Below are positions 38,414 through 51,799 of a DNA stretch of 64,000 bases, one piece after another. Position 1 is the stretch's first letter, and the number at the start of each line of letters is the position of its first letter. The position numbers and the translations under genes are program-made. Source of the stretch: Acidimicrobiia bacterium. GTDB taxonomy: Bacteria; Actinomycetota; Acidimicrobiia; IMCC26256; PALSA-610. Under the pieces are notes generated by a model, which was given only the letters and a program-made list of their open reading frames with translations, made no database searches and was not told where the DNA came from. The DNA lies in the NCBI GenBank assembly GCA_026002935.1, contig BPGH01000001.1, forward strand, positions 171,965 to 235,964, given 5' to 3'.

Positions 38414-40431
38414 AGCGACCTCGCGAGCACGTAGCCGACGAGCGCGACGGCGCCCAGCACGATCCCGAGCGCGTAGTTGCGCACGAGCCCGGTCTGCAGG
38501 CGGCGCAGCCCCTCGCCGCCGAGGCGGAAGCCGGCGGCCACGCCGTTGACGGCGCGGTCGACGCCGCCGCGGTCGAACCCGTCGGCCAGGAAGCGCGCGA
38601 ACGCTCCGAGGGGGCCGGACACCAGGCGGGCGATCCCGCGGTCGAAGTAGTAGGCGTTCTCGAGCACGCGGCCGACGGGGCCGAGACGCCTGGCGACCGG
38701 GTCCTCGCCGCCCGACGGCAGGCCCGCCCGGTAGAACGCGCGCCCGAGCAGGATGCCGCCGACGCCGATCACGAGCGCGGCGGTCGACAGCGCGAAGGCG
38801 GTCGAGAACGACGGCGCGTGGACGACCTCGACGTCCTCGAACACGGGGTGGAGCCACTCGCCCAGGAACTCGAGGCCCTGTTCGACGAAGGGGAGGTTGA
38901 CGAAGCCGCCCACCACCGTGAGCACCGCGAGCGCGCCGAGCGGCACGGTCATGGTCCACGGTGACTCGTGCGGCTCGTGGGGCCCCCCGTGGGCGCCGGC
39001 GGCCGAGTGCGCCCCGGCACCGGGGTGGGCGACCTCGGCCGGTTCGTCGCCGGCCACCCCGGCCGCGGCGTCGTGACCGCCCGCCGCCTCCCGCCAGCGC
39101 TCGTTGCCGAAGAACACGAGGTACACCTGACGGGTCATGTAGAAGGCGGTCAGCAGCGCGGCGAGCGCGCCGACCAGCCACAGCCCGTAGTCGTCGCGGT
39201 ACCAGGCCTGGGCGAGGATCTCGTCCTTCGACCAGAACCCGGCGAACGGGACGATGCCGGCGATCGCCAGCCACCCCACGATGAAGGTCCCGGCGGTGAT
39301 CGGCATCCAGCGCCGCAGCCCGCCCATGCGGCGCATGTCCTGCTCGTCGTGCAGCCCGTGGATCACCGAACCCGCGCCGAGGAACAGCAGCGCCTTGAAG
39401 AAGGCGTGCGTCACCATGTGGAACAGGGCCGCCGAGTACGCGCCGACGCCCGCCGCGAGGAACATGTAGCCGAGCTGGCTGACGGTCGAGTACGCGAGCA
39501 CCCGCTTGATGTCGTTCTGGACGATCGCGACCGTCGCCGCGAGCAGCGCGGTCGCGGCGCCGACCCACGCGACGACCGTGCCCGCGGACCCGGACGCCTC
39601 GAAGAACGGGTGGGCTCGCGCGACGAGGAAGACGCCCGCGGTCACCATCGTCGCGGCGTGGATCAGGGCCGACACGGGGGTGGGGCCCTCCATCGCGTCC
39701 GGGAGCCAGATGTGCAGGGGGATCTGCGCGCTCTTGCCGACCGCGCCCAGGAACAGGAGCAGCGCGATCGCCGTCACGGTCGTCTGCGCCAGGCCGCCCG
39801 CCCCCTCCATCGCGGCGTAGTCGAGGCTCCCGAGCTTCCAGAAGATCAGGAACATCGCGAGCATGAACCCGAAGTCGCCGACCCGGTTGGTCACGAACGC
39901 CTTCTTGCCGGCGACGGCGGCCGAGTCACGCTCGAACCAGAAGGAGATGAGCAGGTACGAGCACAGGCCGACGCCCTCCCACCCGAGGAAGGTGAGGAGG
40001 AAGTTGGAGCCGAGCACGAGCACGAGCATCGACGCGGCGAACAGGTTCAGGTACGCGAAGAAGCGCCCGAACCGGGGGTCGCCGTGCATGTACCCGATCG
40101 AGTACAGGTGGATGAGCGTGCCCACACCGGTGACGAACAGGATCATCGTCACCGACAGCGGGTCGACGAGGAACCGGAAGTCGACGGCGAAGCCCCCGGC
40201 GCGCAGCCAGGTGTAGCCGTCGGAGACCACCCGGCGCTCCTCCTCGGGGAGCGACAGGAGCGCGACGAACGCGGCGACCGACGCGAGGAACGACGCCCCG
40301 ATCGTCGCGGTCGCGATCCAGCCCGCCACCGGCTCGCCGATCCGCCGGCCGAACAGCAGCAGGAGCACGGCCCCCGCGGCCGGGAAGGCGGGGATCAGCC
40401 AGGCGAGCTCGAGGAGTTCGTGCGCGTCCAA
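38410..40431 (-). CDS. nuoL: NADH-quinone oxidoreductase subunit L, operon 2
   Basis: 673 aa, intact (...QIPLHIWLPDAMEGPTPVSALIHAATMVTAGVFL...). TTG start. Confidence 0.9.
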
Positions 40432-40435
40432 CCCG

Positions 40436-40753
40436 TCAGCCCCTCAGCGCGCTCACGTCGTCGGCCGTGACGTCCTGGCGCCGCCGGAAGATCGCCACGA
40501 TGATCGCGAGCCCCACCGCGACCTCCGCCGCGGCGACGACCAGCGTGAAGAACACGATCACCTGGCCGCCGATGTCGTCCAGCGCCTTGGCGAACGTGAC
40601 GAACGTCAGGTTGGCGGCGTTCAGCATCAGCTCGATGCACATGAACATGACCAGCGTGTTGCGGCGCACGAGCAGGCCGACGCCGCCGATCGTGAACAGT
40701 GCGGCCGCGACCACCAGGTAGTAGGTGGGGGTGATGTCGAGGGCCGCGATCAC
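40436..40753 (-). CDS. nuoK: NADH-quinone oxidoreductase subunit K, operon 2
   Basis: VIAALDITPTYYLVVAAALFTIGGVGLLVRRNTLVMFMCIELMLNAANLTFV...AAAEVAVGLAIIVAIFRR, 105 aa. Confidence 0.9.
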   Translation of the reverse strand: MIAALDITPTYYLVVAAALFTIGGVGLLVRRNTLVMFMCIELMLNAANLTFVTFAKALDDIGGQVIVFFTLVVAAAEVAVGLAIIVAIFRRRQDVTADDVSALRG

Positions 40754-41292
40754 GGCCGTTCCCCCTCGGCCGGGAGGCGGCGGCCGCTGCGGCGCGCGAG
40801 CACGACGCCGCCGACGACCGCGATCACCAGCAGCACCGCGGTGACCTCGAACGCCCAGATGTAGTCGGTGAACAGGGCGCGGGCGAGGGTCTCGACGTTG
40901 CCGCTGCGGCCGTCCTCGTCGAGCGGGCCGACCGTCGAGCGGGCCCCGGTCGCCCAGTCGTTGCCGATCACGACGAGCACCTGCACGAGCAGCACCGCCC
41001 CGAGCACGATCGCGGCGTAGCGCTGGAACGGATGCGGCTCGTCGAGGCGCTCGTGCTCGTCGACGCCGAGCAGCGTGATGACGAAGAGGAACAGCACGAC
41101 GATGGCGCTCGCGTACACGACGAGCTGGATGATCGCGACCAGGTCGGCGTCCTGCATCAGGAAGAACACGGCGACGGCCGCCATCGTGACGAGCAGGAAG
41201 AGGGCGCAGTGCACGGGGTTCCGGCCCAGCACGACCCCGAGCGCGCCCGCGAGCGCGCCGGCCGCGAGGACGAAGAAGAGCACCGCTTCCAT
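40750..41292 (-). CDS. nuoJ: NADH-quinone oxidoreductase subunit J, operon 2
   Basis: 180 aa, intact (MEAVLFFVLAAGALAGALGVVLGRNPVHCALFLLVTM...). Confidence 0.85.
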   Translation of the reverse strand: MEAVLFFVLAAGALAGALGVVLGRNPVHCALFLLVTMAAVAVFFLMQDADLVAIIQLVVYASAIVVLFLFVITLLGVDEHERLDEPHPFQRYAAIVLGAVLLVQVLVVIGNDWATGARSTVGPLDEDGRSGNVETLARALFTDYIWAFEVTAVLLVIAVVGGVVLARRSGRRLPAEGERP

Positions 41293-41879
41293 CAGTCCTG
41301 CGCCTGCCCCTTCTCGGGCGGCCGGACGCCGAAGCCGAGCTCACCGGACCAGCTCACCCGGCCCTCGTAGGACGCGTCGCCCGACGGCGAGGTGACGCGC
41401 ATCCACTCGCTCGTGTCGTCGTCCTCCCCGCCGAGCCACAGCTCCCACGGCAGGCGCCTCGCCCGGCCGTCGTCGCCGACGAGGAGCTCGTCCTTCGTGT
41501 AGATCGCGTCGTTGCGGTTGGTGAAGGAGAACTCGAACAGTTTCGTCTCGGTGATCGCCTCGGTCGGGCAGGCCTCGACGCACAGGTCGCAGTGGATGCA
41601 ACGCAGGTAGTTGATCTCGTAGACGAAGCCGTAGCGCTCACCGGGCGACACCGGCTGGTCGGGGGGGTTGTCGGCCCCGCGCACGTAGATGCAGCGGGCC
41701 GGGCAGACCCCCGCGCAGAGCTCGCACCCGATGCACTTCTCCATCCCGTCCTCGTAGCGGTTGAGGACGTGGCGGCCGTGCCGGCGCGCCGGGCGCGGCG
41801 CCTTCTCCTTCGGGAACTCGGTGGTGACCTTCTTCCCGTACTGGCGCAGGGTGACGAGGAAGCCCGACAGCCGGCCCAT
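41292..41879 (-). CDS. nuoI: NADH-quinone oxidoreductase subunit I, operon 2
   Basis: MGRLSGFLVTLRQYGKKVTTEFPKEK...CIGCELCAGVCP...CIHCDLCVEACP..., 195 aa. Confidence 0.9.
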   Translation of the reverse strand: MGRLSGFLVTLRQYGKKVTTEFPKEKAPRPARRHGRHVLNRYEDGMEKCIGCELCAGVCPARCIYVRGADNPPDQPVSPGERYGFVYEINYLRCIHCDLCVEACPTEAITETKLFEFSFTNRNDAIYTKDELLVGDDGRARRLPWELWLGGEDDDTSEWMRVTSPSGDASYEGRVSWSGELGFGVRPPEKGQAQD

Positions 41880-43093
41880 CAGCGGAACTCCTCGACGTGT
41901 TCGCCGGGCCGGGGCATGCACAGGTACAGGACGCCGAACGCGCCGAGCGCGGCGGCCGCAACGATCGGCGTGACGACCCACACGTTCCAGCCCTCCTCGC
42001 GTGCGACGACGAGGGCGGCCGACACGAGGACCCACAGGACGGCGACCTCGATGAGGTACTTCCACCCGAGCGCCATCAGCCGGTCGTAGCGCATGCGGGG
42101 CAGCGACGCGCGCACCCAGATCGTGCAGTAGAGGAGCGCGAGGACCTTCACGAGGAACCAGAAGACCGGCATCAGCCAGACGTTCACGACGTTGTCGGCG
42201 GCGAGGAAGCCGAGCCCCGGCCCCGACGGGCCGCCGAGGAACAGCGTCGTCGCGATCGCCGACATCGTGATGACGTTCATGAACTCCGCGAGGAAGAAGA
42301 TCGCGAAGCGGATGCCCGTGTACTCGGTGTTGAAGCCGCCGACGAGCTCCTGCTCCGCCTCCACGAGGTCGAACGGCGGGTGGTTGGTCTCGGCGGTCGC
42401 GGCGATCAGGAAGATCACGAACGGCACGAACGCGGCGGCCCAGTACCACTCGGTGGCGAACGAGGCCCACCCGTCCCACGCCTGCTCGTCCACGATCCCG
42501 CGCGTCGACAGCGTCCCGGCCTGGATCAGCACGCCGAGGACGGCGAGGCCGAAGGCGGCCTCGTACGACAGGAGCTGCGCCGTCGCGCGCACCGAACCGA
42601 GCAGCGGGTACTTCGAGCCCGACGCCCAGCCGGCGAGCATGATCCCGTACACGCCGAGGCCCGACATCGCGAGCACGAACAGCGCACCGACGGGCAGGTC
42701 GACCACCTGCAGGTAGGTCTCGTGGCCGAGGATCGAGACCCGGCCGCCCACGGGCACCACGCAGAACATCAGGAAGGCCGGCATGATCGACAGGTAGGGG
42801 GCCAGGCGGAACACGGGCCGGTCGGCCGAGCTCGGGATCGACTGCTCCTTGAAGAACAACTTGATGCCGTCCGCGAGCGTCTGCAGCACGCCGAACGGCC
42901 CGGCGCGGTTGGGGCCGATGCGGTTCTGCATGTCGGCGATCACCTTCCGCATGCCCCAGATGTAGAGCATCACCGCGACGAGCAGGAACGCGAACGCGAC
43001 CACGACCTTGATCGCCACGACGCCGAACACCGACCAGGTGATCTCGCCGCCGTCGAACAGCGGGTCGAGGGCGACCACGGGAACCCCGGTCAC
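41879..43093 (-). CDS. nuoH: NADH-quinone oxidoreductase subunit H, operon 2
   Basis: 404 aa, intact (...ADMQNRIGPNRAGPFGVLQTLADGIKLFFKE... and ...TAETNHPPFDLVEAEQELVGGFNTEYTGIRF...). Confidence 0.9.
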   Translation of the reverse strand: MTGVPVVALDPLFDGGEITWSVFGVVAIKVVVAFAFLLVAVMLYIWGMRKVIADMQNRIGPNRAGPFGVLQTLADGIKLFFKEQSIPSSADRPVFRLAPYLSIMPAFLMFCVVPVGGRVSILGHETYLQVVDLPVGALFVLAMSGLGVYGIMLAGWASGSKYPLLGSVRATAQLLSYEAAFGLAVLGVLIQAGTLSTRGIVDEQAWDGWASFATEWYWAAAFVPFVIFLIAATAETNHPPFDLVEAEQELVGGFNTEYTGIRFAIFFLAEFMNVITMSAIATTLFLGGPSGPGLGFLAADNVVNVWLMPVFWFLVKVLALLYCTIWVRASLPRMRYDRLMALGWKYLIEVAVLWVLVSAALVVAREEGWNVWVVTPIVAAAALGAFGVLYLCMPRPGEHVEEFR

Positions 43094-45771
43094 CGCAACG
43101 TCTCCACGCGCAGGTCGGTGACCGGCTGGCCCGTGTCGACGAGCAGCGCCGCGCCCGTGCCGTCGGCCGCGAAGTCGAGCGATGCGACGCCGGCCGGGAC
43201 CTCGGGGTCGGCGACGACGGGGTAGGTGAGGGAGCCGTGCGACGACACGAGCCGCACCTCGTCCCCGTCGGCGACCCCCAGTCGCGACGCGTCGTGCGGG
43301 TTGACGCGCAGCGACGGCCGCTCGAAGCGCTCGTGCAGCACGGGCGTCTCGGTGACGATGCGCCCACCGTCGTACAGCCTCCGCCCGCTCACGAGGCGCA
43401 GAGCGTACGCGTCACGCGCGGGCGCGGCGGCCCCGCCTGCCGCACCGTCCCAGACGTGCAGCGCGGGCGCGTCGGCGGCGCGCTCGCTCGCGGCGTGCGC
43501 GTGCTCGACCGCGTGCGCGGCCTCCTCCGGGTCCTCGCCGGGACCGGCCTCCGCCGCCGCGTCCGCGGCGCGGGCTCCCCGCTCGCCGCGGGCGCGCCCG
43601 CCGGGGCGGCGCCCCCGGCGCGGATCGGGTCCCACGAGGTGCCGGCGCCCTCCTCCGCCAGGATCGACAGGCCGCGGGTGCGCACGACGATCTCGCCGAG
43701 GTGCTCGCGCAGTGGGAGCACGACGCCGTCGCGCGCGCGCCGGACGAGGGCGGCGGTGGCGCCGAGCGCCGCCGGCGCCACGGCGGCGATCTCGTCGGTG
43801 ACCTCGTCGACCGTGGCGAGGTCGAAGTCGGCCCCGAGGCGGTACGCGAGCTCCGACGCGATGCGCCAGTCGTCCATCGCGGTGCCCTCGGGCGCGACGC
43901 GCCGCGCGACCCGCTGCACGCGCCCCTCGAGGTTGGTGACGGTGCCGTTCTGCTCGCCCCAGACGGTGCAGGGCAGGAAGACGTCCGCGCGCGCGGCCGA
44001 CTCCGACCGGAAGGCGTCCACGGCGACGACGAACGGCACGCCCTCGAGCGCGCGCCGGGCGAGCAGGGCGTCGGGGTGGTCGAGCAGCGGGTCGGCGCCG
44101 AGCAGCACGAGCACGTGGACGCGGCCCTCGGCCGCCGCCCGCAGGATCCCGTCGGCGTCGAGGCCGCGCCCCGCGGGGACACCGCCCCACCGCTGCGTGA
44201 ACCACTCGCGCCCGGCGTCGAGCGTGACGCGGCCGGGCAGGAACCCGGGGGCCAGCCCCATCTCGAGCGCGCCGTGGACGTTGCCCCGGCGCAGCGCGGA
44301 CAGGACCCGCACGTCGACCCCGTCGAGCGCCCCGAACGCCGCGATCGACCGCACCGTCGCGTCGGGCGCCTCCGCGACCGACGGCCGGCCGGCGACCACC
44401 ACGAGCGGGCCGCCGCGCTCGCGTGCCGTGCGCGCCGCGAGCTCGACGACGTCGGCCCCCACCGGCTCGCCCGGCACCCGGCGGGCGACGTGCGCCGCAT
44501 AGGGGGCCAGCGAGCCGCCGACGGGCGTGCAGTCGAAGAGCGGCACGCCGAGGTCCTTCGCCGCGCGGCGCAGCCGGAGGAAGAGGACCGGCACCTCCTC
44601 GCGCGGGTCGGGACCGAGCACGACGATCGCGCCCGCCCGGTCGCAGTCGTCGATCTCGGCACGCCGGACCCCGAGCACGACCTCGGCGGGGAGCCCGTCG
44701 CCCATCTGGCAGTCGACGTGGTCGGTGCCGATCACGCCCTTCGCGAGCCGCGCCCACGCGTACGCGTCCTCGTTCGTGCCGCGCGCGCCGCCGAGCACCG
44801 CGATCGCGCCCGGGCCGTGCATCCGGAGCACCTTGCGGATCTCGCCGGCCGCGGCGTCGAGCGCCTCGGGCCACGACACCTCCCGCAACTCGCCGCCTAC
44901 CCGCAGGTGCGGTTCGCGCACGCGGTCGTCGGCGTGCACCCAGTCGATGCCGTAGCGGCCCTTGTCGCACAGCCAGCCGTGGTTCACCGGGTCGAGGTCG
45001 ACGCCGAGGAGCCGAACGATCCGGTTCGACGACGACTGCACGGCACCGCGGCAGTGGACCGAGCAGGTCGTGCACGACGTCTCCGCGGTCGCGAGGTCCC
45101 ACGGGCGCGCCTTGAAGCGGTAGTGCCGGGCGAGCAGCGCGCCGACAGGGCAGATCTGCACGGTGTTGCCGGAGAAGTACGACTCGAACGGCTGCTCGGC
45201 GAAGTTCAGCACCTGCGTGCGGTCGCCGCGCGAGACGAAGTCGATCAGGGGGTCGCCGGCGATCTCCTCCGCGAAGCGCGTGCACCGCGCGCACTGGATG
45301 CACCGCTCGCGGTCGAGGAGGATCATGTTGGACAGCGGGATCGGCTTCTCGTAGTGGCGCTTCTCCTCCACGAAGCGCGACTCGCCGGGGCCGAACGCGA
45401 GCGTCTGGTCCTGCAGCGGGCACTCGCCGCCGCGGTCGCAGACCGGGCAGTCGAGCGGGTGGTTGATCAGCAGGAACTCCAGCACGCCTTCCTGGATCTT
45501 CTCGACCGCGTCGGTCCGGGTGCGCACGACCATCCCGTCGGTGACCGGCGTCGTGCACGCGGGCGGGAACCCGCGCACGCCCTCGACCTCGACGAGGCAC
45601 ATGCGGCACATGCCGACCGGCTTCATCCGCTCGTGCCAGCAGAAGCGCGGGATGTAGACGCCGTGCTCCTGCGCGACCTTGATGAGCAGCTCGCCCGGCC
45701 GCGCCTCGACGGTCTCGCCGTCGATCGTGACGCTGACGGTCTGGCCTGCTCCTTCGGCGCCTCGGTGGACG

Positions 45772-45775
<4 letters not shown>
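43090..45775 (-). pseudogene. nuoG: NADH-quinone oxidoreductase subunit G, operon 2; two frameshifts as assembled
   Basis: The GTG at 45775 (VTSTEAPKEQA) is in one frame. TVSVTIDGETVEARPGELLIKVAQEHGVYIPRFCWHERMKPVGMCRMCLVEVEG...HPLDCPVCDRGGECPLQD... is in ORF 43389..45626. The C-terminus (...ALRLVSGRRLYDGGRIVTETPVLHERF...DLRVETLR) is in ORF 43090..45609. Breaks lie near 45740-45745 and about 43560-43640. Confidence 0.85.
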
Positions 45776-47069
<1,294 letters not shown>

Positions 47070-47073
<4 letters not shown>

Positions 47074-47573
47074 GCGGCACCTCCCGCCCTCGCGCCCGAC
47101 ACCGTGCGCGGCGCGAGGGCGCCGCGCTTGTACGCGTCGACGACGTCCTCGGCGAGCTCCGGCGTGAGCCGCTCGTGGAACTCGTAGTTGACCTGCATGG
47201 CGGGGGCGCCGCCGCACGCGGCGATGCACTCGACCTCCTCAACCGTGACGTCGGGGTCGAGCGCGTACCGCCGCTCCAGGTGGTCGAGGATCTCGGGCCC
47301 GCCGGTCACGAGGCACGACACGTTCGTGCACACCGACACGACGAGCCGGCCGCAGGGGCGCAGCTTGAACATCGTGTAGAAGCTGCACGTGCCGAACACC
47401 TGCGCGGGGGTCACGCCGGTCAGCTCGGCGATCTGCTCCATCGCCTCCGGGCTCAGCCAACCGTGCTGGTCCTGCGCGAGGTGCGCGAGCGGGAGGATCG
47501 CCGACTTCGGGCTCGGGTAGCGCGCCACGATCTCCCGGGCGCGTGCGAGGTTCGCGTCGGTGAAGAAGCTCAC
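47070..47573 (-). CDS. nuoE: NADH-quinone oxidoreductase subunit E, operon 2
   Basis: 167 aa with the [2Fe-2S] ligand pattern [12 protein letters not shown]...CIAACGGAP. Confidence 0.9.
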
Positions 47574-48861
47574 CGGTCCACCTCGCCCATGATCGGGTCG
47601 ATGCTCGACACGATGGCGACCGCGTCGGCGACGAGCGTCCCCTCGGCCATCGGCTCGGCCGACTGGAGGTTGTAGAACGACGGCCCGCGGATGTGCATCC
47701 GCACCGGCCGGCTCGACCCGTCGCTCACCAGGTAGCAGCCGATCTCGCCGCGGGGTGACTCGACCGCGACGTACGTCTCGCCCGGCGGCACCTTGAACCC
47801 CTCCGTGAAGATCTTGAAGTGGTGGATCAGCGCCTCCATCGACTCGTCGATCCGGGCGCGCGGCGGCGGGGTCACCTTCTTGTCCTGCACGCGGTAGTCG
47901 CCGCGGGCATGCGCTCGACGCACTGGCGCACGATCTTGGCGGACTCGAGGATCTCGTAGAGGCGGATGCGGTACCGGTCGAAGGTGTCGCCGTTGGTCGT
48001 GTACACGACGTCGAAGTCGACCTCGTCGTAGGGCAGGTACGGCTGGGCCTTGCGGAGGTCCCACGGGAAGCCGGTGGAACGCAGGATCGGCCCGGTGATG
48101 CCGCGGGCGAGGCACTCCTGCGTGGTGATCACGCCGACGCCGACGGTGCGCTCGCGCCAGATGGGGTTCTCCGACAGCAGCTCGTCGTACTCGGCGACGC
48201 CGGCCTCGACCGAGTCGCAGGTGCGCAGCACGGCCTCCTGCCAGCCGTCGGGGAGGTCGGCCGCGACGCCGCCGGGCCGGATGTAGTTGCAGTTCATCCG
48301 CAGGCCGGTGATCGTCTCGAAGAGCCGCAGGCACTCCTCGCGCTCGCGCCAGCCGTACAGCATCATCGACACCGCGCCGATGTCCATGCCGTTGGTCGCC
48401 TGGAACAGCAGGTGCGACGACATGCGGTTGAGCTCGACCATCATCATGCGGATCCACTGGGCCCGCGGCGGCACCTCGACACCCAGCAGCTTCTCGGTCG
48501 CGAGCGAGAACACGAGCTCGTTGGAGAAGTTCGCGGCGTAGTCCATGCGGGTCACGTTGGTCGTGCCCTGCAGGTAGGTGAGCTCCTCGGCCGTCTTCTC
48601 CATGCCGGTGTGCAGGTAACCGATCACCGGCTTGATCCGCAGGACCTCCTCGCCGTCGAGCTCCATCATGAGCCGCAGCACGCCGTGCGTCGACGGGTGC
48701 TGCGGGCCCATGTTGATGATCATGGTGTCGCCGAGCTCGTCCTCCGGCCAGACGCCGCCGGTCATCACGAGCTCGCGCGTGCGCCGCGTGGCCCGCAGCT
48801 CCTGCGCGCCCTCGTCGGTGCGCCCCGCGAGGCGCTCCTCGTCCGCGTAGTCCCACGTCAT
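47570..48861 (-). pseudogene. nuoD: NADH-quinone oxidoreductase subunit D, operon 2; one frameshift as assembled
   Basis: [11 protein letters not shown]...[44 protein letters not shown]...[10 protein letters not shown] is in ORF 47872..49341. [36 protein letters not shown]...[14 protein letters not shown] is in ORF 47570..48856. The break is near 47899-47906. Confidence 0.85.
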
Positions 48862-49439
48862 CGCGGCGCCGGGTCCCCCTTGAAGGTGACGGGGACGCGC
48901 GCGACCGGGAAGTCCTTGCGCAGCGGGTGCCCCTCCCAGTCGTCGGGCATCAGGATGCGCGTGAGGTCGGGATGGCCCTCGAAGACGATCCCGAACATGT
49001 CGTAGACCTCGCGCTCGGGGAAGTTGCACCCCGGGTACACGGGCGTGAGCGACGGCACCGTCGGGTCGTCGGCCGGCACCTGGCAGATCACGCGGATGCG
49101 CCGGTTGCGCGCGTGCGACAGGAAGTTGGCCACGACCTCGAACCGCTCGAGCGGCTCGACGCCCTCGGGCCGCCAGCGGGAGCCGTCGAGCAGGTGGTCG
49201 ACGGCCGTGACGTCGACGCAGGACGTGAACTGCTGCTCGTCGCGCAGGAACGCGCCGACCTCGGCGAACACCGCGCGCCCGACGTACACGACGGCCTGCC
49301 CGTGCGACGTGACCGCCACCGCGCCCGGGAACCGCTCGCACACGGCGGCCGCGACCTCGTCGGCCGCGGCGGCCGCCGCGGGGGCACCCTCCCCGGCGCC
49401 GGGTTCGTGATCCCGTTCACGAGCGGTGTCGTCGGCCAC
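48858..49439 (-). CDS. nuoC: NADH-quinone oxidoreductase subunit C, operon 2
   Basis: ...[47 protein letters not shown]... The proposed start is the GTG at 49439. Confidence 0.8.
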   Translation of the reverse strand: MADDTARERDHEPGAGEGAPAAAAAADEVAAAVCERFPGAVAVTSHGQAVVYVGRAVFAEVGAFLRDEQQFTSCVDVTAVDHLLDGSRWRPEGVEPLERFEVVANFLSHARNRRIRVICQVPADDPTVPSLTPVYPGCNFPEREVYDMFGIVFEGHPDLTRILMPDDWEGHPLRKDFPVARVPVTFKGDPAPR

Positions 49440-49461
49440 GGCGGGTCCTCGGTCGGGTTCG

Positions 49462-49995
49462 TCAGGAGATCGGGACGGGCTCGCCCTCGAGCCGGATCCC
49501 CGCGCCGCCGCGGCGCTCGGCGCGCCGCCGCAGCAGCTCACCGGTGCGGATCCGGTCGTGGAGCGTGAGGATCCCGTGCATGAGCGTCTCGGGGCCGGGC
49601 GGGCAGCCCGGCACGTACACGTCGACCGGGACGACCTGATCGACGCCCTGCACGATCGCGTAGTTGTTGAACATCCCGCCGCTGCTCGCGCACACCCCCA
49701 TCGAGATGACCCACTTCGGCTCGACCATCTGGTCGTAGACCTGGCGCAGCACCGGCGCCATCTTCTGGGAGACGCGGCCCGCGACGATCATCAGGTCCGC
49801 CTGGCGCGGGCTCGCGCGGAACACCTCCATGCCGAAGCGCGCGAGGTCGTAGTGCGCGGCACCGGTGGCCATCATCTCGATCGCGCAGCACGCCAGCCCG
49901 AACGTCGCGGGGAACACCGAGTTGCGCCGGCCCCAGCGCACCAGGTCCTCCAGGCGCGCGGTGAGGAAGTTGTGGGGGATCGCGTCGAGGCCCAT
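49462..49995 (-). CDS. nuoB: NADH-quinone oxidoreductase subunit B, operon 2
   Basis: [43 protein letters not shown]...[13 protein letters not shown]...[11 protein letters not shown]..., 177 aa. Confidence 0.9.
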   Translation of the reverse strand: MGLDAIPHNFLTARLEDLVRWGRRNSVFPATFGLACCAIEMMATGAAHYDLARFGMEVFRASPRQADLMIVAGRVSQKMAPVLRQVYDQMVEPKWVISMGVCASSGGMFNNYAIVQGVDQVVPVDVYVPGCPPGPETLMHGILTLHDRIRTGELLRRRAERRGGAGIRLEGEPVPIS

Positions 49996-50448
49996 CAGGC
50001 CGCCTCCCCCGCGTCGGCGGGCGCGCCGGGCGTGAGCACCGGGCGCTTCGTGCGCAGCACCGGCCCGGGCTCGCGCCGGACGAGGCTGCGCACCGGCCCC
50101 CACTCGAGCGCGCCGACCGACAGCAGGTAGCCGAACGGCACGAGCAGCACCAGCACGAACACGCTCATCGCGACGAGGCCGAACAGCCCGAGGTCGCGGA
50201 ACACCGTCGAGAAGGGGTAGAGGAAGACGATCTCGACGTCGAGCACGATGAAGCTCATGCGCGACCAGGTAGAACTTGACCGGGAAGCGCTCGGGCGGCT
50301 CCTCCTCCGGCACGATCCCCGACTCGTAGGGCGCCTGCTTCGCCGCGTGCGGCCGGCGCGGTGCGAGGAGCTGCGACGCGACGAACGACAGCAGCACGAA
50401 CGCGACCACCAACCCGGCCATGACGAGGATCGGCAGGTAGTCGGCCAA
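49995..50448 (-). pseudogene. nuoA: NADH-quinone oxidoreductase subunit A, operon 2; one frameshift as assembled
   Basis: (TTG)[63 protein letters not shown] is in one frame. [46 protein letters not shown]... is in ORF 49995..50258. One extra nt lies near 50259. Confidence 0.85.
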
Positions 50449-50489
50449 CGCGGTGCTGCTCCCCCTGGGCGGCGCTCGCGCGGAGGCTA

Positions 50490-50508
50490 CCCGCCCGAAA
50501 CGGGCGGG
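50490..50508 (-). terminator. GC hairpin between the reductase gene and nuoA
   Basis: CCCGCCCG-aaa-CGGGCGGG is a perfect 8 bp stem, 44 nt after the stop at 50552. There is no U-tract. Confidence 0.35.
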
Positions 50509-50551
50509 AACGAGTTCGCCGGGCGCGCGCCCGGCGGCGTCACCACCCGGC

Positions 50552-51799
50552 TCACACCGACGCCGGCGCCATCCGCACGAGCTGCGACAGCACCTTGTAC
50601 GCCGCCTCGGCGGGGCCGACCTCGTCGGGGCGCAGCAGGTTCGCCATGATCCGCAGCACCCACTCCATCAGCGGGCGGCTGTGCATCCCGACCCGCACCA
50701 GCTCGCGCATCACCGCCGGGTTGCCGATCGCGCGCACGAACAGGCGGGCGGTCTTGAAGTAGAGGCCGTACACCTCCTCGAGGCGCTGCTCGTAGGTGCG
50801 CAGGGCGAGGCCGTCGCCGGTCCCGAGCGCGAGGTCGACCGCGTCGGCGGCGAGGCGCCCGGTCTCGTAGGCGAGCGAGATCCCCTCGCCGTTGAACGGG
50901 TTGACCGACCCGGCGGCGTCGCCGACGACGACGAAGCTCGGGCCGACCCGGGGGGTGACCGATCCGCCGGTCGGCAGGCGCCCGCCGGTGGGCGGACCGC
51001 AGGACGTCTCGGGGCCGATGCCCCAGGTGGCCGGCACGACCTCGCAGAACGCCTCCATCAGGCGCGACGTGTTGACCGACTTCCAGCCGGCGAACGTGGA
51101 CAGGAGCCCCACCCCCACGTTGACGGTGCCGTCGCCGACCGGGAAGATCCACCCGTACCCGGGCAAATGGTTCCCGTGGCGGTCGCGGATGTCGAGGTGG
51201 CTCTCGATCCACGGGTCGTCGTGGCGGGGGCTGCGGAAATAGCCCCGGATCGCCATGCCGAGCGGGTAGGTGCGGTCCCGGGCGGTGCCGAGCGCCCGCC
51301 CGAACCGCGAGTTCGCGCCGTCCGCGACCACCGTGTAACGCGCGGTGACCCGCTCGGTCGCACCGGAGTCGCCGTCGCGGACCAGCGCGCCGGTCACGAA
51401 ACCCCCGTCCACGACCGGGGCGACCGCCTCGGCGCCCGTGCGCACGGTCGCGCCCGCCTGCGCCGCCCGGGTGGCGACCATCCCGTCGAGGTCGCGGCGG
51501 CGCACGACGTACCCGTAGGACGGGAAGTCCGGGTGCGCCGGCCACGCGAGCTCGAGCGTCATGCCGTGCCCCATCGAGCGCAGGCCGTCGTAGCGCTGGT
51601 ACCGGGCCAGCTCGCCCGCGAGGCCCATGTCGTGGAGCTGGCGCACGGCGCGCGGCGTGAGCCCGTCGCCGCACGTCTTGTCGCGCGGGAACCGCTTCTT
51701 CTCGACCACGAGGACCCGGTGGCCCCGCGCCGCGAGCCAGTACGCGGCCGCCGCACCCGACGGTCCTGCGCCGACGACGAGCACGTCGTAAGTGCTCAC
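50552..51799 (-). CDS. Geranylgeranyl-reductase-family FAD-dependent oxidoreductase
   Basis: [51 protein letters not shown] is the dinucleotide-binding fold. [15 protein letters not shown] lies later in the protein. 415 aa. Confidence 0.8.
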   Translation of the reverse strand: MSTYDVLVVGAGPSGAAAAYWLAARGHRVLVVEKKRFPRDKTCGDGLTPRAVRQLHDMGLAGELARYQRYDGLRSMGHGMTLELAWPAHPDFPSYGYVVRRRDLDGMVATRAAQAGATVRTGAEAVAPVVDGGFVTGALVRDGDSGATERVTARYTVVADGANSRFGRALGTARDRTYPLGMAIRGYFRSPRHDDPWIESHLDIRDRHGNHLPGYGWIFPVGDGTVNVGVGLLSTFAGWKSVNTSRLMEAFCEVVPATWGIGPETSCGPPTGGRLPTGGSVTPRVGPSFVVVGDAAGSVNPFNGEGISLAYETGRLAADAVDLALGTGDGLALRTYEQRLEEVYGLYFKTARLFVRAIGNPAVMRELVRVGMHSRPLMEWVLRIMANLLRPDEVGPAEAAYKVLSQLVRMAPASV